Below are positions 25,728-41,452 of a stretch of DNA of 64,000 nt, piece after piece (position 1 is the first letter of the stretch; each line of letters opens with the position of its first letter). Position numbers and translations under genes: made by a program. Source of the DNA: Octopus vulgaris (Eukaryota); the NCBI GenBank assembly GCA_951406725.2, contig OX597821.1:27404001-27468000 (forward strand), given 5' to 3'. A model generated the notes under the pieces. That model had not been told where the DNA came from and ran no database searches. It saw nothing but the letters and a program-made list of their open reading frames with translations.

Positions 25728-28354
25728 AAAATCAGGTTTTATTTAAATAAGAAAAGAATGAAGTTGCTTTCTCACAGCTAAATAAGTTCATAAGCTTCAA
25801 TAGAGCTGCAGTATTCTGGATAATGTATCGCTGTATCATTTAGATTGATCAAGAATATGTGGCTAAACTCAGCATATTTAAATGTTTCAACGTTTCAACT
25901 ATTTCTTGAGGGTGAAAAATATTTAAAGTAACCAACTCCAGTCTCATACACAGCATACTTTATACCAATTTTTTAAAAGATGTAACACAGTGAATACTTT
26001 TCTGCTAGATTTGAGCAATTAGGAAATTTAAAAGAAATAATAAAATTTTGTTGCAAAATTAAATGCGTTTGAGTGGTTGAATTTCAAAATATAGAAACGC
26101 AGTTAGTTGATTTCCAATCAAGTTCTATCTAGAAGCAAACATTGATTGAGTGCATATTTACCATGGCCCTGCGCGCGCACATGTCTGTAATGATGCCTAA
26201 ATATGGAGAGTGAACATACGAGTGTGGACTTGGAATCTGGAAAATTTTATTTCTCTTAAAATTCTTGCAACGACTACCCCCTTAGCATTTTCTCATTAAT
26301 GTATTCATGGGGAATATAGTTCGCAACACAAAATAATATCTGCAAATAAAACAGTATTGGTATTGACTTGTGTGATAGGCAGCACCTAATATGCTTATAT
26401 CCCTCTCACAAATCTAAATTCATACTTTAAAATGTTTTGTAAATATATTTTCCAAATTAAGTATAATTAAATTCCTAATTTTAGTAGCCATCTTATCTAT
26501 TAGCTTACATATAAAACTTCAATACATGTATATGTTTAGGTGCCACTTCATTACCAAAATTAACAAATTATAACTTCAACACACCGGCTTACCTGATTGG
26601 AATTCACCGACTGAACTACTCTACAGTTGTAGGAATAATTCGAATTATTTAGTAAACAAGCATCAGTTCTTTTGAAAATATTCATATCCCGCTAGATTTT
26701 CTTTCACTCTGTTCGTGAGGAGTGAATAATCAATACATTGACAGTTGTTTGATTACTGTGAAGGCTAGTTACAATTATTTAAATAAGATTTTCTTCGAAT
26801 ATCTCGCTAAAACTTCTTCAACGCCAAAAATATAAAGAAAAATCATTTGAGACAAATTTTTATTGTTTTGTATTAGAAATTGCCGAAAACCTCATGAGAA
26901 CACGTACTGAAAATAAGGAAATGAAAATGTCCCTCAACTCAATGAAAAATTATTTTTTATTGATGACAACCGCTGCTAAAAGATACCTATCAAAACATTC
27001 ATAATATTGATAGGTTTCAGCTGGAATTTTTACGTTTACACATCTATCCTTCCAGAGGAATAAACACACAGTTCCTGACATTATACAATCTTATACCATT
27101 CTCATATTATAAACTACAAATTTCAGATTATCGAACTCAAATGGGAAACCTATATTTATAGATTTTGGAAGATATCATGATTATTTAGTTCAGAATATAG
27201 GATGAGATAAACATGATAGTAAAAATGACAATGTTATGCATACTTTTCATATTGTAACAGTTCAAATGACTATGGATTTCAATATACATTTTAATTAGCT
27301 ACTAAAATATGATCTGATATGTAATTAATAGAAAGAGATTATTCAGTTTAAATACACTATATTTTTCTGAACTAAACCACAGAAACTAATTTAAAATTCA
27401 GAAAAGAAAACTTCGAAAAATAAATATAATAAGAATGGCGGGGGGTGGATTTGTGTTTTAGAAAATAACTGCGTTTATAATTTTAATAAGCATATAAGAT
27501 TTTAGGCGTTAAAGCATGCTGTTAATAAGAAAAGTAACAAAATCATGTAATGTTTCTGCTAAATAATTTTCATAAGTAAAGAGAAATAACAAAAGTGAAG
27601 TAATCTAATACAATAAACTTAATTATATAAAAGAAGCTTAAGAAACAAAATCACAATTAAGAAAAAAATCGAATCACAGTATTTAATAAAGTTAATTTGC
27701 CTTATATACTTGATCATGAAAATTAACGATACCTTTTAGTATTTCATACTTTTCCTTATTATCGTTTGTGTCACACACACACACACACACACACACATAT
27801 GCACACACTTGTTTTATTGATGATCGTATCAAACCTAAGAGAACTGTAAAACGCTTGCATCCGTTGAAGTTTATTTCATCTGTGTTCGAATGTATGTGTG
27901 TCTGCTTGTTTGAGCAAGATTCTGCGTTGTTTTATCAGCAAGTCTGTGTTGCTAGAATTATACGCATGCCTATGTATTTTGTATATACATTTGCTCTTGG
28001 CTTAACGGAGGAGAGAATATACTTCTGAAGTGAGTAGCAATTATTAATTACTACTGATGGAATAAAATAATGCAATTATTTAATTCTTCTGAAAGTGTAG
28101 AATAGCTACAAATGCCCAAAGTTCTTGAATATATCAAAGTGGGCAATTTTCAGGTTTCATTGTACTTTAAACGAAAGGTGGAGAGGAAATATTACTTACA
28201 GATCCCGGTACGTATAGAGAAAAGTAGTGAAATTTCACTCAAACACATATTTGCTGAAATAAGTACGCACACATTTAGACAAACAAATATTATTGTACCT
28301 GATTATGCATAGTAGATTGTAGCATATAAAGAAACAGACATTTACACATATATA

Positions 28355-28585
28355 TTTCTTTACTACCCACAAGGGGCTAAACATAGAGGGGACAAAGAAG
28401 GATAGACAGAGGGATTAAGTCAATTACATCGACCCCAGTGCGAAACTGGTACTTCATTTATCGACCCCGAAAGGATGAAAGGCAAATTCGACCTCGGCGG
28501 AATTTGAACTCAGAACGTAACGTCAGACGAAATACGGTTAAGCATATCGCCCGGCGCGCTAACGTTTCTGCCAGCTCGCCGCCTT
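28355..28585 (-). mobile_element. Family C SINE, full length
   Basis: Reverse complement begins aaggcggcgagctggcagaaacgttagcgcg...gagttcaaattcc (B box). Confidence 0.9.
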
Positions 28586-30879
28586 AACAGCAATGTACAC
28601 ATATATTTAATCAATCACAAATACTTATACCCAATACTTATACCTAAATACAGACGTACATATTCAACTACCACATACATCTATTTGCCAACAAATAATT
28701 GTATCTTGGTGTATCTAGTTCACTTCTCCTCACAATATTTACTTTCAGTTCATCTCTATAATTCATTTGTGATATTTATAGGTTGTGGATTTTAAGGATA
28801 GCATCCCAGCTTGAATAATAGACTTTTTGCAGCAAAGTCATTATATGTGTACTGTCAATCTGAATGGATTCTTAACTGCATGAATTCCTCTCGTTCTATA
28901 AAGATGACAAACAAATAATAGCATACATATATACTTGCAGGGAAACAAGTGTGCATTAACCTTCGGGCACTGGGTACTATTTAAACATTATTATGCCCCC
29001 TTACAAAAATAATTATAAGTATGCAACGTACAAGAGAAAAATGGAGAATAGAGAGAAAGGGAAGCTAAATAGAAATAGAAAAATGCAGAAGTTAGGAAAA
29101 ATGAAGAGGTTGGGAATATCGGATATTTAGTTCCCGATTTCGACATTTTAAAACTTAAAGCATAAAACTGAAAGCTTTTTGAAATCTTTTGCAAATAAAG
29201 AAAGTAATAGACGGAGAAATACTTGCACTGAAATGAAAACACACATAATGCACTTACTCAAACACGGATAAGTGTTTGCGTGTGTATATGCATGGACATA
29301 TACAAACATATATGTATAAATATGTGTATGTGTGTTTGTATGTGTTTGTGTGTTGTGTGTGTATGTTTGTGTATAGTCGATGGATATGTATATATTGTGG
29401 AAGAGAGATTTGCTTATCACGCGGTGTAAACGGATATTACTTGGCGTTGAAAAGCATGACAAAATGTGATTACGCGATGCAACAGTTTCTACGGACGTGT
29501 TTGACCTTTCTCTTTTGCTTTCAGTATATATATATTTTTTTTAGACTACTCTTCTACCAATACGAGAGACTTTCTGAGAGTAAATGCTATGGTATTACCA
29601 TGCTTCCAAATTACACACACATTAAATAGTATAGAGATTGCCCTACCGTAATAATACTATCTCGTCTACTAAAAGTGATATCTTTTTTCCCTTAAATATA
29701 TCATTTTTGCTAGCCGGGTGGATTGGAGCGACGTGAAATAAAGTGTGTTGCTCAAGTCCTCAAGGTGCTATCGGGAATTGTGAGCCGAATATACGAAGGT
29801 AAGTGACTTCACATGTATGTAAATATCAGAAGCTATTCGTTAATTAGGATAAAGTGAAAGATATTTAAAACACTTAAGACGATATCGACTTCAGTATCAT
29901 GTGCTACGATAGACATAAATCTACTATACACTTACGTAGCTCCTCTGGCCCAGTAGAGCCTATAATAAATTCCTATTAATTAATTAATTCCCACAATCTT
30001 CGCCATTTTAAATATATAGATTCATAATTTAGTATTGCTTAACATGAAAAATATACGCTACTGGCGCGCCAGTAATATATAAATCGAAGTAATCTCCAAT
30101 AATTTGCCATTTATGTACGTTGGTTTAAATGTTTGCATATATGAAATTAATAAAAGCTATAACAACAAAGATCGTTAGCTGCTTTACTGAAAGAATCGCA
30201 TTGTTCTCTAATCATTTTAACGCTATTTGTATCTCATCGAACCACCTCCTCTTCTGCCGTATTGTATGGGAATAACAACAGCTGGGTTGCCTGCCCTATG
30301 TACTTAATTATTTTTCAGCAATTTAGACACGAAATGCTGGATTATATATGTAGTTTTTTATTGCGTCTATATATCATAGAAGAGTTACAGGCAAAACAAA
30401 ATATATTTTGTTGGATAAATGATTATGCATTAGATATTTTATTCACTCTTAAACGTATTTTTGAATAGAGTATGTTAATCAAACAGACATAGCATCTTTA
30501 CAGCTTATTACTCAACTCCTGGAAAATCGTTATTACGGTAAGTGTTGGCGCATCAAACATTTCTTTAAATGAAGAGAGGCGGGAGATTGTATTATTAGTG
30601 TTAGCTATATACGTTTTAAAAATGATAGGCTGGTGGCAAGAATGTGTATGTACTAAAGTTCTTCATTTGCTATGTTTTTGTACATATGTTTAAATCAAGA
30701 AACAAGGAAGTGTCTCAGACGACAATTTTACTCAGTTCTATAGATACTGCGATTGTAACATTATTGTACTAAAAGTGTGATGTTTTTTTTTTTGTCCTAA
30801 ATATACCTTTTACGCATATACAACAAGAATGGGATATGTGTAATTCACCATCTCGGTGCAGTTATAATTGCTGGAGTAA

Positions 30880-31060
30880 AATTTCCATAACTGTTATAAA
30901 ATGTGCAGAAATATGCAACTCACTATGCCGTGGAGTATTGTAGAGAGATGTAGACCAAGGATCAATGAATCCACAAAGTCCAGACTCTGTATTACAGAAG
31001 GAAGACAACACCTTTATTTATTCGACGAAACGTACCACCTTTCCAAAATCGAATTCAGCA
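30880..31060 (+). mobile_element. Ancient PLE GIY-YIG C-terminal remnant
   Basis: WSIVERCRPRINESTKSRLCITEG resembles the WxIxxxxxPY...CxLCxxE motif; compare the element at 49170-49575. Confidence 0.45.
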
Positions 31061-31678
31061 TTTTACAAATATTATTCATCAGGTCAATATTTTAAGTTCG
31101 AAAAGGAATACAATCGATGCACAGGATTAAATACACTGATTTACGTACTTTTGAATTCGACCTCTCAAATACGGCACAAAGCATAATCAACCTAAGTGAT
31201 ATGTTCGTATAAAATATTTTGGATGCATTACATATATAACATTTCCTCTAAATTCTCTTCACTTTCTATTGTGAAATTTTCTTTTGCCCTTGATTTTTTT
31301 GATGGTTTACATATGAACTCGAATGATAGGCGGCCCATTCACGCAGTACTACAGAAACGACTCTCTATGATTAGATTATGGCAGCATGATGCTTAAAGTA
31401 TTTCAACTTGGACCCTTTCTTTCATTAAACGACTGACAAAGAGACAGATACACACACATACACGTACAAACATACATGCACGCACAAATACACACATATA
31501 CATATACATACACGCACAGACACGCAGGCACTCATTCATATTGATATTGATATTTCGGATAAGCATAGCGATACAAATAACTTGAAGTTAGAAGCATCTA
31601 TGAAGCTATAGAATGATACGAAACCCTTAAAATATGTGCACATTGCATCGTAAACAAGAATTAGCTATAAGCTAATGA

Positions 31679-32103
31679 GAGTGGATGTGTGGTAAGTAGC
31701 TTGCTTACCAACCACATGGTTCGCGGTTCAGTCCCACTGCCTGGCAACTTGGGAAAGTTTCCTCTATTATAACCTCGGGCCGACCGAAGCCTTGTGAGTG
31801 GATTTGGTAGACAAAAACTGAAAAGAATCCCGTTGTATATATGTATATGTATATATATATGTGTGTGTGTGTGTGCGTGCGTGTGTGTGTTTCTGTGTCT
31901 GTTTGTCCCATCAACATCACTTGACAACTGGTGCTGGTGTTTTTACGTCCCCGTAACTTAGCGGTTCGGCAAAAGAGACTGATAGAATAAGTACTAAGCT
32001 TACAAAGAATAAGTCTTGTGGACTATTTGTTCGATTAATGCGGTGCTCTAGCATGGCCGCAGTCAAATGACTGACACAAGTAAAAGAGGAAAAGAGGAAA
32101 AAG
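31679..32103 (+). mobile_element. Family B SINE
   Basis: Colinear with 33724-34130; aaaagag tail. Confidence 0.9.
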
Positions 32104-32149
32104 TATAACGGTCAATTGTTTTGTCATCCTAATTGCTTAGATATCTGCC

Positions 32150-32345
32150 ATATAACGTGGTTTTCTTGGACTATTCGTTTCATTATCTCTGGACCTTTCC
32201 GATTTCGTTTTTTCGATAAAGAACACTGCTCGAAACGTCAAACACTACTTTTTCCACCTTAAAATGAGAGGCAATCTAATACATTCACTGCGTACGCCCT
32301 CTTGACTAGTGCTGTTTTTGCTTTATGTTTTGTATTTATCTTTTA
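32150..32345 (+). mobile_element. Degenerate pLTR-like repeat with decayed HHR (32210-32243)
   Basis: tttcgataaagaacactgctcGAAACGTCaaac; homologous to the reverse complement of 2882-3095. Confidence 0.6.
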
Positions 32346-32500
32346 TTTGCCTAGGATAAAATCTGGTATTTGGTCCACAGTGGAAGGGACTCATGGGCGA
32401 GGAGGCCTGGTGTTGGAAGACTGGAAATCCTTGAGACCGCTGAAACATCATTGACGATGCATCCCGGATCTGAAGGTGAATTTTGAAACAAAATGATGCT

Positions 32501-32574
<74 letters not shown>

Positions 32575-32685
32575 GTATATCTGTCTATCTATCTATCTAT
32601 CGATCTATCTATTTATCTCTCTATCTATCTGTCTATCTATCCATCTATCTATCTATCTATCTGTATATCTATCTATCTATCAATC
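32501..32685. repeat. (ATCT)n microsatellite
   Basis: Direct inspection. Confidence 0.95.
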
Positions 32686-32820
32686 TAATCCACACATATA
32701 TACACACATACATATATGTATGTGTGTGTGTTCATATGTTTGTGTGTATGACTGAGTGTGTATGAGTGTGTGTGTGTGTGTGAGTGGTTAAACGTATATC
32801 GTATCCATACGAATGTGTCA

Positions 32821-32853
<33 letters not shown>

Positions 32854-32870
32854 GTCTGTATATATATAAA

Positions 32871-32925
<55 letters not shown>

Positions 32926-33078
32926 GGAGGTGAATACGCAACAACTGGATCGATACAGCACCAAGTCACTTTAATACGGCTGAATATTGTTCATAGCAAT
33001 GAAGCAAAGCTTTATTGTTTCTGTTCAACTGAATTATATATATTTATATATAGATATATGTGTGTGTGTGTCTATGTG

Positions 33079-33345
<267 letters not shown>

Positions 33346-33723
33346 ATATATTATATTAATATCTGTGTTGTTTGATGTGTTGAAGCAAGCTTAGGTGAAC
33401 AGGACAAAAGATCATGTCAGAACTTACTTGGTCTTCATATTTACAATGCATTCTATTAGTAATCACTTATTCGAGTGAGCTCAAAAGCAGCTGTTTGCTG
33501 GCAGTATAACTTCGGCGTCGGAAAAACCTATTTATCGCATTCCTTATATAAAGAGTTCAAACACCAGCAGGGTTAATTTCACCTGTTCTTATTCCGGACA
33601 GAAGAAAGAGCCAGTCACACGCTAGGTTAGTCCCTTACTCTGATTATTGCCAGCGAGAAGCGTCAATATTGCAAACAGACTATATTGCAAATATAGGCCA
33701 CTCCTGCGCCTATATTGCAAATA

Positions 33724-34130
33724 GGCGCAGGAGTGGCTGTGTGGTAAGTAGCTCGCTCACCAACCACAGGGTTCCGGGTTCAGTCCCACTGCGTGGCACC
33801 TTGGGCAGGTGTTTTCTACTATAGCCTCGGGCCGACCAAATCCTTGTGAGTAGATTTGGTAGACGGAAACTGAAAGAAGCCCGTCGTATATATATGTATG
33901 TGTGCGTGTATGTTTGTGTGTCTGTGTTTGTCCCTCTAGCATTGCTTGACAACCGATGCTGGTGTGTTTACGTCCCCGTCACCTAGCGTTTCAGCAAAAG
34001 AGAACGATATAGTAAGTACTGGGTTTACAAAGAATAAGTCCCGGGATCGAGTTGCTCGATTAAAGTTGGTGCCCCAGCATAGCCGCAGTCAAATGACTGA
34101 AACAAGTAAAAGAGTAAAAGAATAAAAGAG
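33724..34130 (+). mobile_element. Family B SINE, full length
   Basis: ggcgcaggagtggctgtgtggtaag (A box) ... gggttcagtccc (B box), internal (AT/GT)n, (gtaaaaga)n tail. Confidence 0.92.
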
Positions 34131-34439
34131 ACCTCTATAAGATTTCCTCTCACGCAAACATTGTAGAGGCCCAAGTAGGAAAAGGTTTATACCGAGTTCA
34201 ATTGCCAGTGGTGTTTAGCTTCTCGTTTCTTCATTCCGGGGAGAATAAATTGCCAGTCAGTTGCTAGGTCAATTGTAATGTTTAGACTTTTACTGTGATA
34301 ATTGCTGTAGAGAAACCGTCACTATTGCACTGAAACCTGTATAAACCTTCCCCCAGACGTAAACGTGTATAGAGGACCAAACAGGAAAGACATCATAAAC
34401 ATATGCGTACACATATAGACAGTTTTGCATATATTCTTT

Positions 34440-34479
<40 letters not shown>

Positions 34480-34535
34480 TAAATATGTACGTATATTTAT
34501 GCAGATATGCGCTCACACTCCCGCATACGTACACA

Positions 34536-34639
<104 letters not shown>

Positions 34640-35990
34640 CCAGCATGGCCACAGCTCGTGAGCTGAAACTAGAATCAATCAATCATATATATATATACTG
34701 CACATATGCATATCTGTATAAATGAAGGGGTCATGAAAGTCGCACATGCGCATCGGACACAGTCTTACACTCATATACATTTACATATGAACATATATAC
34801 ACATGGTGACACATATACATATAAAATATGTACATACATAGAAATATACACACACACACATACACACTTGCACAATTAAACAAGAAATGGAATTTAATTA
34901 AAATTAAAAGCATTCAATTAAAATTTACATTTCCTGTGGTCTAACGCGTAAAAAAATTTTAGTCAAAAAGACTATATATTAGTCGTACGATACAGTGCAT
35001 ATTTAAACACATAGAGAATCCACTTATAAGGATTCTACGAATTAGAAAGAACAGCTTAGTTCTATAACCACAAAAAATTCGGGATAAAATTCGTCAGGAA
35101 TAAATTTGGAAATGAAAAACATTCACCATCTTGTCTCCTGGACAAATTGGTTTCTCATCATCTTTTAGCGAGTCATGGAGAACTCACAAGGTTTGATATT
35201 CTTCAGCAGGTCCAACCTAGTCTTAAACATATCAACACGAGACAAACAAGGCTACCTGTCTCGTGTTTATACGAGCTAACATTTCAAATTTACATTTGTC
35301 TCTCCTGGTTTGTCCTTTCTCTCTTTAGCCCCTTGTGGGTACTAAAGAAATAGGTAATACCCACATAATATTTTAAAATGACAACAAAGGTCTTGAAACG
35401 CCACAAAAAACTGCAGACATATGCGCACCCAAGCATATGCAAATACAGATCGATATATATGTGCATATATAAGTGCATCAATATACGTAAGCGTGGATAT
35501 CTCTGTTTATGTGTATGTGTATGAGGAAGTGTCTTTGGGTATGCGTGCGCATGTGATAATACACCGTGTATGAGATCAGGTGTATATACATTTATATAGA
35601 TTCAACCTTTGAAGAAAACGCTATCTTTAAGTTCTCAACAATATTGACACACATTTAAAATTATCTATCACTTATTTATATACCATTTGTTGTGAGTTGT
35701 TTCTAGGAATGATATCATTACGTTTGTGTTTCCCTTCCCTTTCATCATTAACTTGCAGATAACAGGAAGTGTGAAGAGATATCGTATACTCGATACAACT
35801 ATAACAAATTCATACAAGTGGAAATTTGTGCGATGATAATAGAGAGAGGAAGCTTTATGGGAGAGAATTAAAAAAACAACTGCATTTTCTTATTCATAAT
35901 TGATATAGCGAAAATCATGTTCGAGAAAGAAAAAAAGCGTTGCTACATATAATCTAACGGAGAAAGAGAAAAAATATTAGAATACATACG

Positions 35991-36090
<100 letters not shown>

Positions 36091-36120
36091 GTATGTATAT
36101 ATATATATATGTATGTATAT

Positions 36121-36237
<117 letters not shown>

Positions 36238-36364
36238 ATATAATATATATATATATACATATAAATTTATACATTACATGCACATATACACACACATAAT
36301 ACATATTTACAAAGAAGTACTTGCTTGAATAAATGTGCCGGTATATATATATGTATACATATAT

Positions 36365-36593
36365 ATGTTTAGCCCTATAGCGGGCTAAACACAGAAGGGA
36401 CAAACAAGGACTGACAAACGGATTAAGTCGAAAATGTCGACCCCAGTGCGTAGCTGGTGCTTAATTTATCGACCCCGAAAGGATGAAAGGCAAAGTCGAC
36501 CTCGGCTGAATTTGAACTCAGAACGTAACGGCAGACGAAATACGGCTACGCATTTCGCCCGGCGTGCTAACGTTTCTGCCAGCTCGCCGCCTT
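36365..36593 (-). mobile_element. Family C SINE
   Basis: Highly similar to 28355-28585. Confidence 0.9.
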
Positions 36594-36619
36594 AATATGT
36601 ATGTATATATATTTATTTT

Positions 36620-36893
36620 TTTCCGACCAGGCTATCAGATGTCAGATCGCTGGTCAAAATGTGCTTCAATTTGTTTTAGCCTTCGAATGACGCCACCCCG
36701 CTGGCTAAGCGAGTAGGCCAGCAGATGAAAGAGTGAGAGAAAGAGTGGTGAAAGAGTACAGCAGGGATCACCAACCCCTGCCGGAGACTCGTGGAGCTTT
36801 TAGGTGTTTTCGCTCAATAAACACTCACAACGCTCGGTCTGGGAATCGAAACCACGATCCTACGACCGCGAGTCCGCTGCCCTAACCGCCTCC
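36620..36893 (-). mobile_element. Family A SINE
   Basis: Reverse complement of 2539-2845. Confidence 0.88.
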
Positions 36894-37799
36894 ATATATA
36901 TATAATATGTATTGTGCATATGAGACTTTCATAATAATATGTAGTATACATAAAATGTGTGTGTGTATGTGCTTCTGTGTGGTTGCATGTGTGTAGATAA
37001 AGAAATTATATTCAGTTAATTCGTAGACTTCCACTAATGATTAATTTGTCAGGTGGTCGTATTCTTCTACAAACGAATACATGACTTTATCTAAATTAAC
37101 GTCAGATAAGTGAACAGGGTTCGAATTGACAAATGAAAATCACAGTAAGTTGATTGTTACGAAAGTATAAAGTGTGACATAATTTTGCTGATTCTCATCT
37201 AGGTAGGTTTTGGTATTAGTAAATATTCAAATTTGCAATTGCTGATGTCTAAGGATGTATTACTTCGTTAGGGAAATTTATCAAATTCTCAGTAGATAAT
37301 TAAATGTGCCACTGTTTCAAGTTCGCTATGAAAAGCTTGTATTTCTTATTTGGTCTTTATCTCATGACTTCATTTCAAGAAAAGGTCATTGCTAACTTCA
37401 CCAATTTACCCCGTATAACTTGATTCGAAATCCCAAGATTTGACAGGATAATCTATATTTAACCGAGTATTCAAAAGAAAAGAACAGTACACATATAAAC
37501 AAATTTGAGTCACTCGTGTAAGTCATGATACAATATAACATTAGTTAAATATATTTGCTTCCTAAAAACACATCGAGTAGTAAGTGAAGAATACCTGTCA
37601 GCGTATCTCAGCGCAGTGAATTTGCGAAAATAGGCTTTCAGGGGTTAACAGCACATACAAACTATCCCTTGTACAATAAAGGATTTAGCAGTTACAATCT
37701 AACCAGCAATTTAAGTAAAAGTGTTTACTTATTATAAAGGAATTATCCGCTTAAGAAATATTACCTCATACGACAAAGATATGAAAGCGTAGTTTACTA

Positions 37800-38207
37800 T
37801 CTTATTTTACTATTTTTTACTTGTTTCAGTCATTTGACTGTGGCCATGCTGGAGCACCGCCTTTAGTCGAGCAAATCGACCCCGGGCTTATTCTTTGTAA
37901 GGCTAGTACTTATTCTATCCGTCTCTTTTGCCGAAACGCTAAGTTACTGGGACGTAATCACACCAGCATCGGTTGTCAAGCGATGTTGGGGGGACAAACA
38001 CAGACACACAAACACACACATATATATATACATATACATATATACGACGTGCTTCTTTCAGTTTCCGCCAACCAAATCCACTCACAAGGCTCTGGTCAGC
38101 CCAAGACTATAGTAGAAGACACTTGCCCAAGATGCCACGCAGTGGGACTGAACACAGAACAATGTGGTCGGTAAGCAAGCTACTTACCACACAGCCACAC
38201 CTGCGCC
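37800..38207 (-). mobile_element. Family B SINE, full length
   Basis: Reverse complement of 33724-34130. Confidence 0.92.
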
Positions 38208-38630
38208 TATAAAAATATACAAAATAACATTTGAATGCAGTGTTAAATTCAATATCAAGTCAAATTCACATGCCGCAACAAGCGCAATAACATTTCAAGA
38301 ATATGGTCTGTTTTGATCAGCGACAAAGGGAGGCCGAACTGACGTCTAAGAAAAAAGATTGTTTAAATATATACACTAATATAGTGTATATATATATATA
38401 TATATATAGTGTATATATAATAAAGTGAGTGAATTAATTTTGATGAGAATAGTAGTGGAAGTAATCGAGCTAAGAGGTACGATCGTAGGTTACAATGCAT
38501 TATATAGGTTGTAAATTTTCGCTTGTAATCAATATAGGCATAAACGTGTCAATTTGTTACTCATGTGCATGCATATACGCACACGCACACACACATATAT
38601 ATATATATATACATAGTGTCATAAGAGTCC

Positions 38631-38669
<39 letters not shown>

Positions 38670-38724
38670 CATACACACACATATATATATACACAAACAC
38701 ACACACACACATACACACAGACAC

Positions 38725-38758
<34 letters not shown>

Positions 38759-39164
38759 GCATCCATACTTGCACATACAATCCTATATTGATAGCATATC
38801 CATATTTAGGAACACGCACGCATAGCACATATACACATATGAAATAAAAACACACACATGATTTGGCATATGTAATATAAAAGAGATATGAAAGAAATGA
38901 TGCATGTTGACAGGAATGATCATTAGATGTTCTAATTACATTCATTTATGTGATATTGTTTCATGCTTAATTAAGATGAAAGAGAAAGACAAGCGAAATC
39001 AATTTGTATATTTTGCTGTTTTACTTATAGTAGTATTTTACTGATTTTTCTCCTCCTGTTACGCGAACAAATGACCTTGAATTAGACAAATATTCAAACG
39101 ATCACAGAACACACACACACACACACATATCCATATATATATATATATATTTATGTGTGTGTGT

Positions 39165-39390
39165 GTGTAATGAATCCAAATAAGAACAAGCATGAAAAAT
39201 CAAGAACGAGAGGACGTGGTACAAGTAATGTATTATCAGACTCTCAGGAAAGAAAGGAAGACGATTTTACGTTTCGAGCAAAGCTCTTCTTCAGAAATAG
39301 AGCTATGTTCAAAAGAAGGGAAGACGGAGAAAGAAAGTCGCTAGCGATTCACATGTGGTTACAATTTGAAATGACCGGAAGGGAATGGGT
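39165..39390 (-). mobile_element. PLE pLTR with intact minimal HHR core (39264-39298)
   Basis: attt CTGAAGA a gagc ttt gctc GAAAC GTA aaat. Confidence 0.78.
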
Positions 39391-39559
39391 GAGGAAAAAG
39401 TTCTTTCTAAGACAGGAGAGTGTGAGGGAAGAGGATATGCGCATGTATGTGTGTGTATGTGCGCTCGCGCAGGTCTGTGTGTGTGTGTAATAATAGCACG
39501 TGTGTGTGCGCACGTGTGTGTATGGTTCTGGCTTTTTATATGTGTATGTGTGAGTAAAC

Positions 39560-40100
39560 CGTGTGTCGCTTAATGTCGATTGAAAAATTTATAGGACAGG
39601 TTAGAAATTCTGATAAAATACCTTTAACTATGCTATTTAGCACGATTTTAGGATGACTAGACAGAAAGCTGATATATTGCAAAGACTCATTAGGCTTATC
39701 GTGAAGGAGATAGAAGCTAGTATCTAAGTCAAATACCACATGTAAAAAGTTGTCAACTTTAATATTATTTTCGAACGAAATTGGGAAATTATAGCGTTTA
39801 AAAATATATATGAGAACTTTTCCGAATACGCTCAATGGATAGGTTAGACATTCACGAGGCTATGAGAAGAACTACATTCTTATATAGACCGCTGAAAGCC
39901 TGGGGAAATAGTGAAAAAGACCGACAAGTTTGTAACTTGTGTTCAGTCTGAGGCGTCCATAGTGAGATCGAGAAGCTGTACGGTGGAATTTCAAGTACAA
40001 TATTTGTTATTAGAAACACGTATTGGTTGATATTACGATATTCGATCGAAAATCGTGAGTAAATTTCTTCGAGAAAATTAGCACCTAGTTAAATAAATAA
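39560..40100 (-). mobile_element. Decayed Penelope reverse transcriptase fragment
   Basis: IFKRYNFPISFENNIKVDNFLHVVFDLDTSFYLLHDKPNESLQYISFLSSHPKIVLNSIVKGI (PLE FLD...KPN...Y...SxHP motif). Upstream MDASD*TQVT resembles the MG motif. Confidence 0.8.
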
Positions 40101-40660
40101 CATTATCGTTACACATTATGCAAGTTCACTATAGATTTTTTTTTTCATCGTAGACAAAATCCTTGTTCTCGCCGTGATTGTATTATTACTACCTACTACT
40201 CCCGTTTCTTTGAAACTACCCCTAATCTTGCCCTCCCTCTATTGCCTCTGAATTTCCTAGTCGCTTTACTGTTGGATGTCAAATTACTTGTCCCTGCAAG
40301 AGAACTGACAACGAGTCCCTCCAGCCAGCTACTTATCTTCTAATATCTGATCGCTATCTAGCTGTTCTTTATCCTTCCTTCCCACCTAACTCTTGCCTCT
40401 CGCTAACTTTTTCCGCCTACCTCTCTGCTTGTCACTTCTGTTTAAAATTTTAACTTCCTAAACACTTCTAAAAGACAATTATTTCCTTTGCGGCTCTACT
40501 GTTGAAAAGTGAAGCCGGAGTTAATTAAATTCATTTAGATTTTACGAACATATCACCTTGAGAGATGCATAACAAACGGGAAACTTGATGGAAACTTAAC
40601 GGACAGGAAATTAAACAAAGGCATGATACAAGGAATATTAGCATACGTATGTTTGTGTAT

Positions 40661-40773
<113 letters not shown>

Positions 40774-41029
40774 TTAGGGAGTATATCCAAGAGTATGCCT
40801 AATAGTGGTTTTTATCTCTAAATTACTTTATATATATATGTATATATATATATATATATGCTGAATCGCAGTAAGCAATAGTAAATGATTTATACATGGT
40901 GAGTCAGATGTAGGCTATGGATCTCCAGCTCTATCCCTCGTTGTGAACTTGGGCTCCCTGTGTGTTGGACCACTGAAATCAACAAGTTTTGTTTCATTTA
41001 TTCAGCCTATTTCATTCTCTCTCGATTTA

Positions 41030-41452
41030 TTCTCTCTTATTCCTTTATGTTGAAGAGCGTAGGCAGGAAACGTAAAAGACGTTTTCTTTTATCGTGAGCG
41101 TTAAACTAATAGACTTGCTTCTTATTCATGCACCTGTCTTCGTCTTTTGTTTTTCTATAAATTTCAACTATACACACACGCGCACGCACGCCGGTACACA
41201 CAGACACACACATATATATGCATATGTATATATATATATGTAATATATATACATATAGATATGTATACATATGTATATATGTATACATATATAAGTATAT
41301 ATATATATATATTTTTTTTTATCTGTTGAAGAGCGTAGGCTCGAAACGTAAAAGACGTGTTTTATTTATATTTCTGAGCGCCATACTAATACGATTGTTT
41401 GTTTGTATTCCACCTGCCTTCGTCTTTTGTTTATTTTCATAAAGCTTTCCGT

